Source: Raillietiella orientalis (taxonomy: Eukaryota). From it: a DNA stretch of 64,000 bases. The stretch spans positions 5,828,001 through 5,892,000 of the forward strand of contig JAYWIR010000005.1 of assembly GCA_036172245.1 (NCBI GenBank), read 5' to 3'. Of the stretch, positions 24,701 to 36,649 are shown piece after piece (the first letter of the stretch is position 1; every line of letters starts with the position of its first letter). Both the position numbers and the translations under genes were made by a program. The notes under the pieces were generated by a model. It searched no databases. It was not told the origin of the DNA and saw only the letters and a list, made by a program, of their open reading frames with translations.

Positions 24701-27700
24701 ATGCGCCCCTGCAGAGTGTGCAACCTTCTCTTGTGTGTCTCCTGGACAGCCTGAATGCAAGGACCGCCACCAATGCTTTTCTTGCATCGACTTCTCCTTC
24801 TGATTCCCTAGATCTTCTGCAAGAAATTCTCCTAGCAGCGCAGCTTTGCTAAAGGGGTAAACGAATTGTTGCTTTAAGTTTCGTGCAGCCTCCCTCGCTC
24901 CGGGAGAAAGAAGGGCCCGGAAGGACGGCTCAGACTTCAGCGACGATGGCGTCTTCAGTATAAAAACCTTCTCTGTGACCTTCCTTGCGCATCCTGAGTC
25001 GTGCTCCTTCTCCTTGACCAAAAATGCACACTTATGCAAGAATACTTCCAAGCTGTGTGGTTCTAGATGCCCCGTAGGATGAGAAAAGTGAAAAAAAAGA
25101 AAAAAAGGAGGGAGACTTCCGCCTGCATCCTGAAGACACTTGCTGGACTGCCCAACAACTCTTTAGCAGACAGCTTCATTGGGAAAGAAAACGAAAAGGG
25201 AACCTTCGGGCGCGAATCAGCGAGCGCGACGTCCTACCTGATCCGCGCACCAGTACCAGATGGAAGCGGGCACTTGCCCCAAGAGAAACCCAAGCCACGG
25301 AAGGTTCGAATCATATATCCCTCGTAGCAAGACCCATGAGCTGGGGTCTGGTTGACCGCATGTGTGGTTTCCGGGGGGTATGGTGGACGGGACAGCTTTC
25401 ATGTACAAAGAGATCAGCATGTCGAATCCTCCGATGATATCCAGCGCTGGAAGGATAAAGAGAGAACGCCTTTTCGGGAAGAAAAGGCTTTGCCGACCAT
25501 CTTACCTCTGAACATCAGGGCGAGTCCCCCAACTATCATGATGACGAACTGAAATGTCTCTATATAGATCACCGTCCTCAGACCTCCCACGAGAGAGCAA
25601 ATGGCGGTTAGCAGCAGCAGCAGCAACGCCGAAATGTAGATGTTCCACTTTAGGGCTTGCTCCACGAAGAGCGCGCCGGCATACAGATCGACCTTGAAGA
25701 TAGCGAGTTACGCAGGTCTACCTGCGAGACCACGTGCTCTCTGACGTACGGATATCTTGGAAAACATGTACAGGAACAGGGAAAGCACTGCCAGGACCAC
25801 CCTGATCCTTTCCCTTCCAAAGCGGTACTTCATGTATTCGGGAAGCGTGGAAACCTGAAATCACAGGGGTTCCGGTGAGCAAAAGGCAGCTCTACGATCG
25901 CGAAGATCACGAATGTTTGAAAACTGTAAGTAACAAACATGTTGGTCACAAGATGATACGGGTCTTCCCGGACAGAGATCCATACTTTTTCCGGAGTTTC
26001 AGTTGCGAATAAGGAAAGTTTACCAGCACGAGGGTGTGCCTAAGCGGACCTCCGAAGATCACGAAGGAAAAGAACTTGGACCCCGAACTTCGAAGGTGCG
26101 CTTTCAAAAGGGGAGAACCAGGAATACCAGAAGGAGACCTCCAGTTAGGTCTGATTCCGGATCACAGAGGAGACGCCCGAAAACCCTACCACCAAACTCT
26201 TTTAAGGTCCGATCCTGTCTTTGTTGCCTAGAACAACGCAAGCTATGGTCGGCCTAATTGAAGGTCCTTAGCAGAGAAGAAATTGGAACGATTGGAAGGG
26301 ACCGCGCCTGTTTCAACGTTATCAAGTTTGATTTATTCTCCAAGACTACAAAGCCCCTTTCTCACCAACTCCGAGAGGAAGTGCTTGTGTCTTCTCAAAG
26401 ACAGCGTACTGACTGTTACAAAGGAAGGTAACTGAAAGCTGAAAACGAAAGACATCCTGTTCAGAGATCTTTTTCTGCAGACTTGAAGTGTTTCCTTGGT
26501 TTCCGACATGGCTGACCAGCTGATCCTAGTTGAAAACTGAACACTCTTCATTTATCGAGACACTCCAAGGGTGCTGGTCGTCTCGTGCAAACATCTGGCA
26601 TGCTTCTGCTTAAGAATCAGCGCATGTTTCCTTGTTTACATCTTTCCCTACTTCTCAAAAAACGCCCTTCTCCCTACCCTGCATGTCATTCTTGTAAACT
26701 TTCTTCCTTGGAAAGTTCCTTTCTTTACTTCGGCTTGCTCTTAGTGCAAGAGGTGTATTCGCTAACGATGGCGCACACGACTAGACATGGCACAGCTGCC
26801 AAGATCTCCTGAGCTCAGCATGCTGCAGACTTCGTCGGGACGATGCCACCATCGGGACTCGCCCCATGACTAGGAGAGAGAAATTTCTGCCCAGGGCACG
26901 TACGAAACACCGCCACATCCTCGGCTCTGAGTGCATTGACGATAGCACTTTTCAAGACTAAAAGCAGACCAAGCATAAGAGAACAGCACCCTGTGATACA
27001 GGGATCACCTTACATTGAAATCAATCCGGTGCATGTGAATACGTTATTTCTGATGGCCCCCCGTTATTATGGAGGGCCCGTGCCGTAGAGAACTATGTGG
27101 CATGTGAAGAAACGAGGCAAGAAAGGAGAGGACAGCTGGGCAAGGAAGCAGCATGCTCGAGACGCTATTCGAGAAACGCATCTACGGCAATGTTCGTCAA
27201 GAAGGAAACAGCACTACGAGAGGTCGGATGCAAAGAGCTGCATTGATCAGGTTGGGATGCCAAGTTTTCTACTACTGTACACGTGCAAAATTGAGTGATG
27301 TTTTGGATGCGATGGGTAGCGCAACATTAGATGCAGCATTAGAAATCACATCGCAGAGCGGCTCTCATCACTTACATCACCTGAAATTTCTTCTCCTGAA
27401 GAAATATCCAATCTCAACCAATCCAGGAACAGTCATGTTCACATGAACCATTACTCAGTCCAATTCAGAGAGATTCGCTCTCGTCCAAGACATCAGCTCC
27501 CACATTCTTCAGAAGTGAGTCATACTGAACAAAATCAAGAACGAACAGATTAAATAGTCAGAAACAACAGCAATCCATATAGCATGACGAAAACTTTGGG
27601 CAGATGGTGCCATGCAATAAATTCTCAATGTTGGAGAAACAAAACGAAACCCTCGACCCAGTAGGATGAGATTCGATAAAGTTTCGTTCTTGTAGCGTGC

Positions 27701-30700
27701 TTCAGACAATGGTATTCTTAATAACCGAAGTTCATATTCTCGAACCAAACTTAGGGACTCATGAGAACAGGCTGCCAAGCTAGCAAGTTCCAAGAAGCTT
27801 TAGACGGCGATCGACTTAATATGATTCGAAGGATCCATTAAATTGATTCATAAAACAAAGAACAGAAGTAGGAGTAGTTTCAAACTGTCCTGAAGCTCTG
27901 GAAAGAGCACATTTGCTAATCCCAGGCTGCGTATTCCCTTGAAAAGATTTGAGAGGCGTGCAAAAGCTCTGGAAGAGTATCACCATGACAAAACAGCAGT
28001 AACGGAAATGTCAGTAACTTTGTACTTAAAAGGGAAAGTGAATTTGTTTTCCATCAATCTCACAAATGTCCAGGTTCAAAGCAAAGCGGAAGCTCTCGAA
28101 AAAAATTTTGCGACCCCAGAAGAGGCTTTCAACCAACTTGGAGACTGACTCAAAATGATGGGATGTGACGAAAGAAATCTGTGGCGAAAGGCGATCAGAA
28201 GGGAAACTCATAACGAACGAATTCCCGCTTCTTCAAGAGAGGATTCTCACCACTGACGAGAGCAAGACGCAGGTACCAGAAAAAGCAGAAGCACGGTCAT
28301 GAGTTAAGATGCTCTTTCTGTGCAGCTACACTCTTCCTATACCTCTGAGAAAGCTTAATGAAAATTGCAATTTGCAATCTAGTTGAAGTACCCACACCTA
28401 AGGACGATAGAACAAGAGCATGCACCGTGCCCAGAACGAGTCCAGAGTAGCTGCCCATGGGTGCCATTGAACTATGAAGATCAAAATGCCTCAAAGGAAT
28501 CCAGGAAAGAACTTACACTTCCAGACAGAAGATGCTGGATTTCCCATCGCAAGCAGGCAATTGGCTACCAAAGCTTACTATCCCGATAACATCACAGTCG
28601 CCTGAACAGCTCCTATGAAACAGATTCCCTGTTGAACTCTCATTCCTGTCGAACTCAAGCTCATTGTTAGTCAAACGGCCACTTGTGTTTTGGTACAGGA
28701 ATCCACAGCCTCAACGCACAGATTAGCTTTTCAACAAATTTATACTCTCTTCTAAAAGAAAAGCAGTGGGAACTTTCGAGGAGTCCTCTTTCTCTTCCAA
28801 CTGTCAAGCAAGGGGACTTTAGAATAATCTTGTCCCGCTCCACGGCAAGCACTCAGTGCGCCCCTCGACCCCTTTTCCTTCCACCTTTGTCATACCTGTG
28901 ATTATCACAGATCTAAAGATGGCTCAGATAACTGCATAGTTACCTACCGCCACGAAACACTAACGTATCACCACCACTTACCAACTACTGGCGAAGCATC
29001 TGCCTTCTGGAAAAGATGCAACAGAACACAAGGCAACACGTGGTCTTCTGGGTATTTTATTTGCTGAACTCTTCGGGATTAAGAATATTAGCAACTGACC
29101 AATAAGTTCAGGTGGACTGACAAAAAGAAACGTTCGTGGACTTCCCCCTCCCAGAGAGATGAGTTCGATTTTGCATTTACTTGGGAGGACCCTAGTTCAC
29201 CCCAGCTCGAGAATTCTAGGGAAGTGTGCCAAGACGGCAAGAGAGCCATTTACAGCCACGCATTTCCTTGAGATGAGAAGAAAATGTTGAGGATCGTTTC
29301 GGAGAAGCGAAACCCTCGTCCCAGTGTGAGAATCTGAGCAACCACGATACCCAAGGTACTGCAATCAATACTTACTCCGGTTCCTATGTATACGGGAAGA
29401 AACATCCATCCCAGCAGCTGCAGCAGAATAAGAGCCTACAACAGAACAAGATTATTCTGATAATCAAAGCTGCAAAAGAACTCTTGCCGCGTCTTTCATT
29501 TATTACATTGAGAACAACCGCAGGACGTGCAGCACCGCACCCATAGATTGTTCCATCGCTCAGGTGAGCCTTGGCAATCCACTATCGTTCCAACTGAAGA
29601 GGGTCCGATTAAGGATTTCCAAGACTTTTCATCGCACGCACTATCAACTGTGAGCAACAACTAGACTAATAATTTTCCGATATCGGTCCGCGAAACCAGG
29701 AGGAACCCTTCTTACGGTCCAGAGCGAAAACGAGTGGACATGACTTCACACCGAAAAGAGATATCTGGAAAAGACAAGTTTCCGCCCAAACACTCCGCAT
29801 GTGCTTGAAGGGTCAACCAGGAGAACCCTTGCTTCATGCTGCTCTCTAGATGGTGTCTGACCCGATTCCCAGTTCCAGCAAAATTCGCTGTCGACTGGCA
29901 ATGACGCAACTTGGCTCCGTCATGTCATGGTTGCACCACAGGCTCGCTACCTTGTTCACGGCTGCTACAAATTTGATCCACGAAAAGACCATCTTCTGCT
30001 CCATTTTTTTTTTTTTTTTTTCTTGTTGATGAGTAGGTGATGGGGAAGAGGAAGAAACTAGAAAGCGAGAGCTTTCAAAGACGGAGGTGTCTTTTTTCCG
30101 TCTTCATGATGGGTGGGTGCCTTCTCCAAAGTTGTACTTTGGGCAGTTGAAAAATCGAAGCATACGCTGGGGAATGCAAGTGCACAAGGTCACCAAAGCA
30201 CAGCTTCCGGACAGCTTCAGACCAGTAAGGACTGTAAGATGAGATGAGACTGCACCCTGATTACTAAAAGTGCGCTCCAAAAATCTGGGCTTCCAGCACG
30301 ATGCTTCTTTGAGCAAGAGGCTCAAATAAGGCAGCCAGAAAAAAAAAATGCGGAATCCCAAAGCTAAACACATAACGCTCTTAGACGCAAAAGAGCCTCC
30401 AAACAGGTGTGGTTTGCTGGAGTTCCTCTCGTAGTCACATTACACCTTCGCACTCCCTGCCAGCACGGATGGGTCTCTTAGAACCGATCCTTATTTGGAG
30501 AACCACTGATGCAATACTGGCTCTTGTATTTGCTTCTTCGTTGTGGCGCCAGACATAGAGTCCGTCGCATGCATTGCCATGACGATTCATGAATAATCCA
30601 ATCAAAGTGATAAACGTGAGTGATGCAACTCGTGCGAATATCTCTCGTTTCCAACAGCAACATGAGCTTCGTAAAGCCACAGATTCAACCTTGCTATCAG

Positions 30701-33700
30701 CTCTTTCTCCCGAAGCTAGTTTGATCCACGATATCCGGCTTGCTGACACCAGATGGCCTTTTGCAGCTTGGAGTAGTCTTCGCTTTCTGGTTATCTTCAG
30801 AAGCATTGCCTGGTAGAGCCCTTAAAAGAACGCTCGCTGCCTTCCTATCTCACGAAGAGAATAGAAAGCGCGCGCACGCAAGCCACGATCCCACCTATCG
30901 AGAACAGCGTTCTTGAAACATTTCGCAGCAAGGTGTATGCTTCAACTGTCTTCTAGCTCCACAACCAGAGGCAAGAGTGTATTGACCTCACAGATTCGCC
31001 GCCCCCCCTTTTTTTTTCCTCTCGTTAAATGATCAGCATGGACACGCCCTGTCCGATTATACTAGCCCAGCATTCTTTCAGATGGGTGGCACGAGACCCC
31101 TGCTTCGTAGCCTCACAAAAAATGACAACGGTGGCACGCGAGTTTGTCTAGCAAATCGAATTACAGACTATGTGATGGCATTGAAGCGTTGATTGAGGAT
31201 TCCTGCTCTCGTGCAGGCACCTCTCTCAACCTTCCACACATTTCACGCTTCGAAAATGCCTTAACACAGCGTGTCCCAGCCGCTGGATCAGCTAATTACG
31301 TTCCAAGGGATCGAGAGCCTGCCGAAGACATTCTTTTGTTTCTTGGCTGAAAGTTCAAGCACGAGAAAGAAAATGCGTCGCCTACGGGCTGGTGATTCTT
31401 CGCTGCTCAGTAACGCAAAGCGTCCCAACGGGCCAAATAGGCTCGGTCTGAAACAGTTTGAATCCACAAGCGTGTCAAGCATCAGTTTTGAAAAACTGAA
31501 ATCAGGATTCTTTACTTTGGTGTGGCGGAAAGAGGTGACGAGAGCAATAACAAAACTCACGTTAAGCTCGAAAGCTCCAACGCTGATTCCAGATGCCGCG
31601 CCAGAGCCTGCCAGTCCTATGAAGTGCTGGGCGCCGATGTTGCTGGAGAACAGGGATGCTCCGACCTGGTCAAGGTGAGAATGATAGGAATCAAAAGCAC
31701 ACACACACACACACACACACAACACATGCACACATCTCTACTGATCGAACTGCTTGATTCAGATGAAGAAAACTGATTTTCTGAATGGCTACAATTTTTT
31801 GTCAGGACGTCATTCTGCTAGCAGAATGGCGTCCTAACAAAAAGTCCCCACCTCCTCGCCAGTGTTTTGAGTTCCTGCCGCCGCCAAATCTTTCTCGATT
31901 ATCCGCTTTCTCCTTCATATGCGATTCCCTTGTGGTGACGTTCTCTTGCTATTCCTTGAATCCACAACTTCCCTCCTCGGGAAGCACAGTATCTGATTGA
32001 CCTTCGTTATCTACAGGTTCTGCACGACAAGTGTTGGGCAGCCTAGGTGTCGCGGAACACCAAGGTAGGTGAGCTCTGACACTCCGAATAACAGACTTGC
32101 CACACAAATCAGTCCCCACAAAAAAGCCTCGTGAGTGGAAGTGCGTTGGCGGCCAGTGGAGACCAGATGGGGTGATTCGCTCTTGTCTCGAACAGCCAGT
32201 TCTTGCTTGACTATCTGAAAAGCACGCTCTCCTGGGTACAGTTGGATGAATGTTCTCGAATTGCTGTTGCAAACATTAAGCTGAGTACCGCCAACGATTG
32301 ACCTTCTCGGTGTTAAGACCGAGGAAGCAGACCAAGTGATCTCGTCCTGAAAGCCACCCGTCGTTCATTATCCGTCCTCATCTTGTTTCACTTCACAGTG
32401 CCTTCCAAGTAGGCAGTGAGGTTGTAAACAGTTCTGATAAGCAGAAAGAGATCTCCATGACCGCAACGGTGTAAGGCGGTGGCAGACTACGAGCATGCGC
32501 ATTGGCATTAAGTTTCTGGGTGGCCCATGATGCGGAATTGCACGCTACTCGGTACAGTATTTCCGAAATTTCCTCCCGAGAACCTCGAGGAAGCCTGAAC
32601 TGCACGTGGATACAAGGGTACGGCTTCCAGAATCAGCAACCACTACTACTCGTTCGGCCATGCGTCCATTTCATCCGCGATCGGCTTTTCATTTGTCTTC
32701 CTGTAATTTATCTTAAAAGCAAAAAGGGGGGAGGGAAGAGACCTCAACTTTAGTCTGCTCTTCCAGGCTTCATCTCGCAATTGATGACGAGAGTATGTTG
32801 GTCTCAAAGAGAGAATTTTTTCCTTGTAGTCTGAATCGCTCGCCATAAATAACGGCGAAGAGGAATAGACATGCGTACTTTACCAACCCACTGCCCATCG
32901 ATTTCTTTTCCTTAAAAGCAAGTGTCCTCATCCTCGTTTTCGTGCGGATTCATGAGCCGGAAACTTCAAAAAACTTCCGGGCTGCATCCCCACCGACTCG
33001 TCATTCAAGTAGCCTGTGTTGGAAACAAGTTGAAAGAGACTGAAAGACTGCAAGTGTTTGAATGCATCCATCCCCAGAAGGAACACGCGACTTCGAAAAG
33101 CCTTCGTGGATGGTGTGCGACACGTAGGTGCGTCCACGCATCCACGCACCCCTTCCATTACACGAAGAATCATCGAAAGATGATTGAGACCTTGACTTTG
33201 AGGATTTTCTTGGACTCTTCCGAGCTGGTAGGCGTCCTGATGCAAAGGAAGAGGTCCATCTCAAGTCATATCCACATCTGCTACGGGTTCCCTTCGAGAA
33301 AGATCTCAGCAAGGAGAAATGATCGTTCTGGACTGCAACAGTTCGCCAGAATGTTCTTTGCTGAGGACTGCTACGATGGTCAATGTTATCACCACCGTCT
33401 CAAAACGTAAAAGCACCTTGCAAGCTCCTTGAAATAGTTCCTGAATCTAAAGCGTAAGAAAACGCGAGCACCTGTACGACACATCTACTTTCTTCTCCTA
33501 ACACCAGATCGATCAAGAAATCAGAAGAAATCATGAAACCGGGAAAAGCCAACAGAATGGTCAGCAAGTCTGCTGCAATGGACAAAGAGTGAAATTGCAG
33601 AATTCAGAAATCGCTTCTGGCTTAACCACGTCAAAACGATGTGTGGATGGGAATGGGTATCAGGTGTTATAATATCCCTGTACAGTTTCAGCATCCTAGT

Positions 33701-35807
33701 CTATGGAAGAGGAAAACGTAGTACCCCATTCTGGGGTAGTCGTTTCACACCGACTTCTACAATGCCACGTGACGGAAGATGCACGATGCCTCCAAGATAA
33801 CCATCCCAAGGCACGCTGGTCTTTCTGAACTTGTAGTGGAATCTCTCTGCTTAGAGCAGCAAACCGAATGCGAGCAGAATCTCCATTGCATCTCGCTGCT
33901 CCCTGAAAGGTGTTTTAATGATTCGATTTACCGCTAAACGGTACTGATACATTGATACTTTCTTATCAATACGCTAAGTGCCTGCCTTCTTGATTGCCTT
34001 AAACAGCGTGCCGTTGGCACTCTTGTCCTCCAGATTACGACTGATACTGCGAACCATAAGAACAAACAGACTTGGAATCTTCGGTTCCGTATGGAAGCCA
34101 CTGCTGAGCATCATTCACGATGTCCTCCTGCTTTTATGAGACCCATGATTCCACGGGAAAACGATCGACAGGAGACTGACTACAGACATGCTCGAGGGGT
34201 TGTCAGACCGAAAATAAGGCATGGAAAAAATTGGATCACATGATGTCTGAAATTCGCCCTGGAAACCTGAGGGACTTCGAACGTAACACTTGCAGCAGCC
34301 CTTGATCATTTGGAAGCGAGCAGTTCACGCGTTTCCCAGGAAGTTCGACTCACCGCTGTTCCTTAAGGAGTCCCAGGGTTATCCTCAATAAAAACCACAG
34401 AGTTGCATTTAGGCAGAACCAGTCGCTCTTGTACAGTTGTGATGCCGAAAATGACGATCAAAACTCGATCTATTGCTCAGTGTACGGTGATGCGAGCCCC
34501 ATAAAAGTACTGCATCGACACACAGCAGACTAAGACCAATGTATTCCGTTGAAGGACAGAAACGCGGAAAAGGTTTTTAGGAGAGAATCTCGCCGCTCCT
34601 TGCTACCGAGTCTAGCCCTCCGAAGTAGACTTCCGAGGGCTAGACTTTTCTAACCCTTCTGATACCTATTAAACCAAAAGAATGGTAAAAAAAAAAAAAA
34701 AAAAAAGCCGTTTCTCTGATTTTTTCAAGACACAGTACCATTACCACGTCTTCTTTGCAGGATCTCTATCCAGAACAATCCCTTTTATCTACGTCTCTTT
34801 TTTCCTCTGCAGTTGTAAGCCTTCTTGTAAGATTGTCTCTATGAGACAACATCCACGCATCCAAAACGTTTTGTTCCAACACTAAGAATCTGAGTTCTGA
34901 AGACATTCTTGACAGGCAAACACTGATAGCACTGAATGTGTTAGAAGATTGTATTTTTAGTCAACCTCCCTATTTCCTATTTCCGCAGATTTAAGCCTGG
35001 TAGCACTGGTAGCACAGGTTCGCGCCGAGCGCGGAAAGCCCCGAGGCATGATTAGAGAACTGATCAGCACAGATCGCTCAGATGGAAAACCCGCCAAGAC
35101 AGCAAGGCCTGCTACCCTCAGAAATGCTTGACCAACCCCCGAGACACTTTAAGATGGCATTCGTGAATACAAGTTATTACGTGAAAAAGAACGAAGTCAC
35201 TTACTGTCAGCCAGGTCATCGATCTTCCAGCAAGGAAAAATCCGGAAAGCGACTTCTCACTGGAAGTTCTGGAACTCTACAATGAAGATACAGCGAGACT
35301 TAGTAGGAATTCCGGGATCGTGCATTGGTTTAGCTTTTGGGAATCGTACCGAGGGAACCGCGAACGCGTTGGACGCCGGGGAAGACGGAAATGTCTCGAA
35401 AGCCGCCATTTTGCATTGCTGCGTCTCGTATTCCGTACACGTCCATTCGCGTGGCAAGTAGTGCCATGAGCGTCAGCCCAAGTCTTCTTCGCTTCAGCGA
35501 CCAACAGCAGCGACCGTCGGCCAGGCTTCGAGAAAATTCCTTCTCCCCGGGTACAGCGGCTCTCCTGACGTTCGCCGGTGCCGTTTTTTCGCTTCTTTCC
35601 CGGCTATCTCGAAAAGGAGAGGCACCCTGCGAGCAGGGACGGACAGAGAAACAACGGCAAGAAACGAATACTCACTACGAACACGATAAGCAGAATGGCG
35701 GTGAAGTACACGACCACCGCCATCCAGTCGTACATGTTGAACACGTTCTCCTGCTCCGTGCTGTGGACCATCCCATAGTCACTCGCAGTTGCAGCCGAGT
35801 CGGCCAT
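21465..35807 (-). CDS. Sodium:solute symporter, SLC5A3 (SMIT1)/SGLT-like sodium/myo-inositol or sodium/glucose cotransporter
   Basis: 14 exons in frame via GT-AG: 35807-35676, 35276-35205, 31665-31561, 29435-29376, 25854-25750, 25692-25506, 25446-25238, 24358-24115, 23813-23663, 23591-23423, 23370-23251, 23195-23100, 22788-22575, 21703-21465. Motifs: [124 protein letters not shown], GQxPASxWYWCADQ and LMSDL are SMIT1-like. Confidence 0.93.
22575..22788 (-). CDS. SLC5 exon 13 (cytoplasmic loop)
   Basis: [12 protein letters not shown]...; splice sites and phase fit, but sequence conservation is low. Confidence 0.6.
23100..23195 (-). CDS. SLC5 exon 12
   Basis: [32 protein letters not shown]. 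Confidence 0.9.
23251..23370 (-). CDS. SLC5 exon 11
   Basis: [24 protein letters not shown]...RPAILSK. Confidence 0.9.
23423..23591 (-). CDS. SLC5 exon 10
   Basis: [30 protein letters not shown]...VNEQ. Confidence 0.93.
23663..23813 (-). CDS. SLC5 exon 9
   Basis: [34 protein letters not shown]...ELLLVGR. Confidence 0.93.
24115..24358 (-). CDS. SLC5 exon 8
   Basis: [18 protein letters not shown]...[15 protein letters not shown]...[10 protein letters not shown]. Confidence 0.95.
25238..25446 (-). CDS. SLC5 exon 7
   Basis: ...[22 protein letters not shown]. Confidence 0.93.
25506..25692 (-). CDS. SLC5 exon 6
   Basis: [19 protein letters not shown]...[13 protein letters not shown]. Confidence 0.93.
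25750..25854 (-). CDS. SLC5 exon 5
   Basis: [35 protein letters not shown]. Confidence 0.93.
27930..29330 (+). mobile_element. Degenerate Ty3/gypsy-like LTR retrotransposon internal relic in SLC5 intron 4
   Basis: [11 protein letters not shown]...LYLKGKV (gag N-terminus-like), then [13 protein letters not shown] (RT-RNase H connection L....F.W.) and [10 protein letters not shown]...EKK (RNase H-like). Many stops; no LTRs recognised. Confidence 0.4.
29376..29435 (-). CDS. SLC5 exon 4 (60 bp, absent from the ORF track)
   Basis: [20 protein letters not shown]; ttgtag acceptor, gtaag donor. Confidence 0.9.
31561..31665 (-). CDS. SLC5 exon 3
   Basis: [35 protein letters not shown]. Confidence 0.95.
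31698..31721. repeat. (CA)12 microsatellite
   Basis: Directly visible; reads (UG)n on the SLC5 pre-mRNA. Confidence 0.95.
32450..33400 (-). mobile_element. Degenerate PIF/Harbinger (HARBI1-like DDE) transposase relic in SLC5 intron 2
   Basis: Colinear motifs across frameshifts: [14 protein letters not shown] (SPEE.L..TLRFLATG), GVRGCVDAP (G.IGAIDG), [20 protein letters not shown] (Q.V.D...F....G.PGS), MASDSDY (GDSAY), FKINYR (FNY), QFRL...ILYRVAC (RFR.L...I.ACC). Confidence 0.5.
34609..34646. repeat. Near-perfect inverted repeat (18-bp arms, 1 mismatch)
   Basis: agtctagccctccgaagt-ag-acttccgagggctagact. Confidence 0.9.
35205..35276 (-). CDS. SLC5 exon 2
   Basis: [24 protein letters not shown]; tag acceptor and gtaag donor. 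Confidence 0.9.
35676..35807 (-). CDS. SLC5 exon 1
   Basis: MADSAA...[19 protein letters not shown] (first TM helix); gtgag donor. Confidence 0.8.
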
Positions 35808-36372
35808 CGCCAGCAACCCCAAGGGCGTTAGCAACCGGTGGAAGGATAACCCCGTACTAGCGGCGCGCACGGAGAGCAACGACGCCGATACTGAACGCAA
35901 AAGGGGAGACATCCGTCTGGATCGAAAGCGCGCATGTGATGTCGCGATATCTTGTTTGCTGGTCGGTGCGCCACCTGGCGCGGCGAATGGATGTGCGGAT
36001 CACCGGCATGCGATATGCAAATCCGGTAAGCGCCGCCGCTCGGAGTGGTCCTGAACAGATACAAAGTGGCCAATTCACCGCCTTCGCCCTTCCCTTTCCC
36101 GTCCGAAAAAGGAAGGAAAGAAACCGTCGGCGGCGGATAATTCGAAAAGCGTCCCGTGGGGAGGACCCATCGCGGCGCGGAGATGGATTCCGAGGCTTCG
36201 CTCTCTTAAAGAATTTTTCTTTGAAGGGAAGGAAAGGAGGCGGGGGAGGGAGGGAAGGAGGGAGGGGGGGAAATACAGCAGAAATTTCGTTTGCTCGCAA
36301 CAGGAGGAAGAGATCGATGCGCGCTGCAGTTCCCTCTCGAAGTACCTAGTTCGTCTCGAAGGAAGGAGGAGG

Positions 36373-36571
36373 AGGTACACGCTTCGCGCCGGGATCCCGG
36401 CGCGAAGCGTGTACCTACCGAAAGGAACGCTCAGGTGTCTCCGCTTCGCGCCGGGATCGCGCGCGAAGCGTGTACCTACCGAAAGGAACGCTCAGGTGTC
36501 TCCGCTTCGCGCCGGGATCGCGCGCGAAGCGTGTACCTACCGAAAGGAACGCTCAGGTGTCTCCGCTTCGC
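36373..36571. repeat. 61-62 bp tandem repeat (3 full units plus a partial) beginning with a perfect 44-bp palindrome
   Basis: Units start at 36381, 36443, 36504 and 36565: gcttcgcgccgggatcgcgcgcgaagcgtgtacctaccgaaaggaacgctcaggtgtctcc. 36373-36416 is aggtacacgcttcgcgccggga|tcccggcgcgaagcgtgtacct. Confidence 0.97.
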
Positions 36572-36649
36572 TCTTCCTGTAGGAAGAGTTAAGAAGAGGC
36601 CGTCTGTAGCACACACCGCTCTGCAACATTCAGGGAGCTCCGCGTTCCC

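Noticed and set aside
36373..36571. CRISPR array or hammerhead-ribozyme (retrozyme) repeat
   Set aside because: Units are contiguous with no unique spacers and there are no cas genes in this eukaryotic context. No CUGANGA...GAAA hammerhead core is correctly arranged on either strand.
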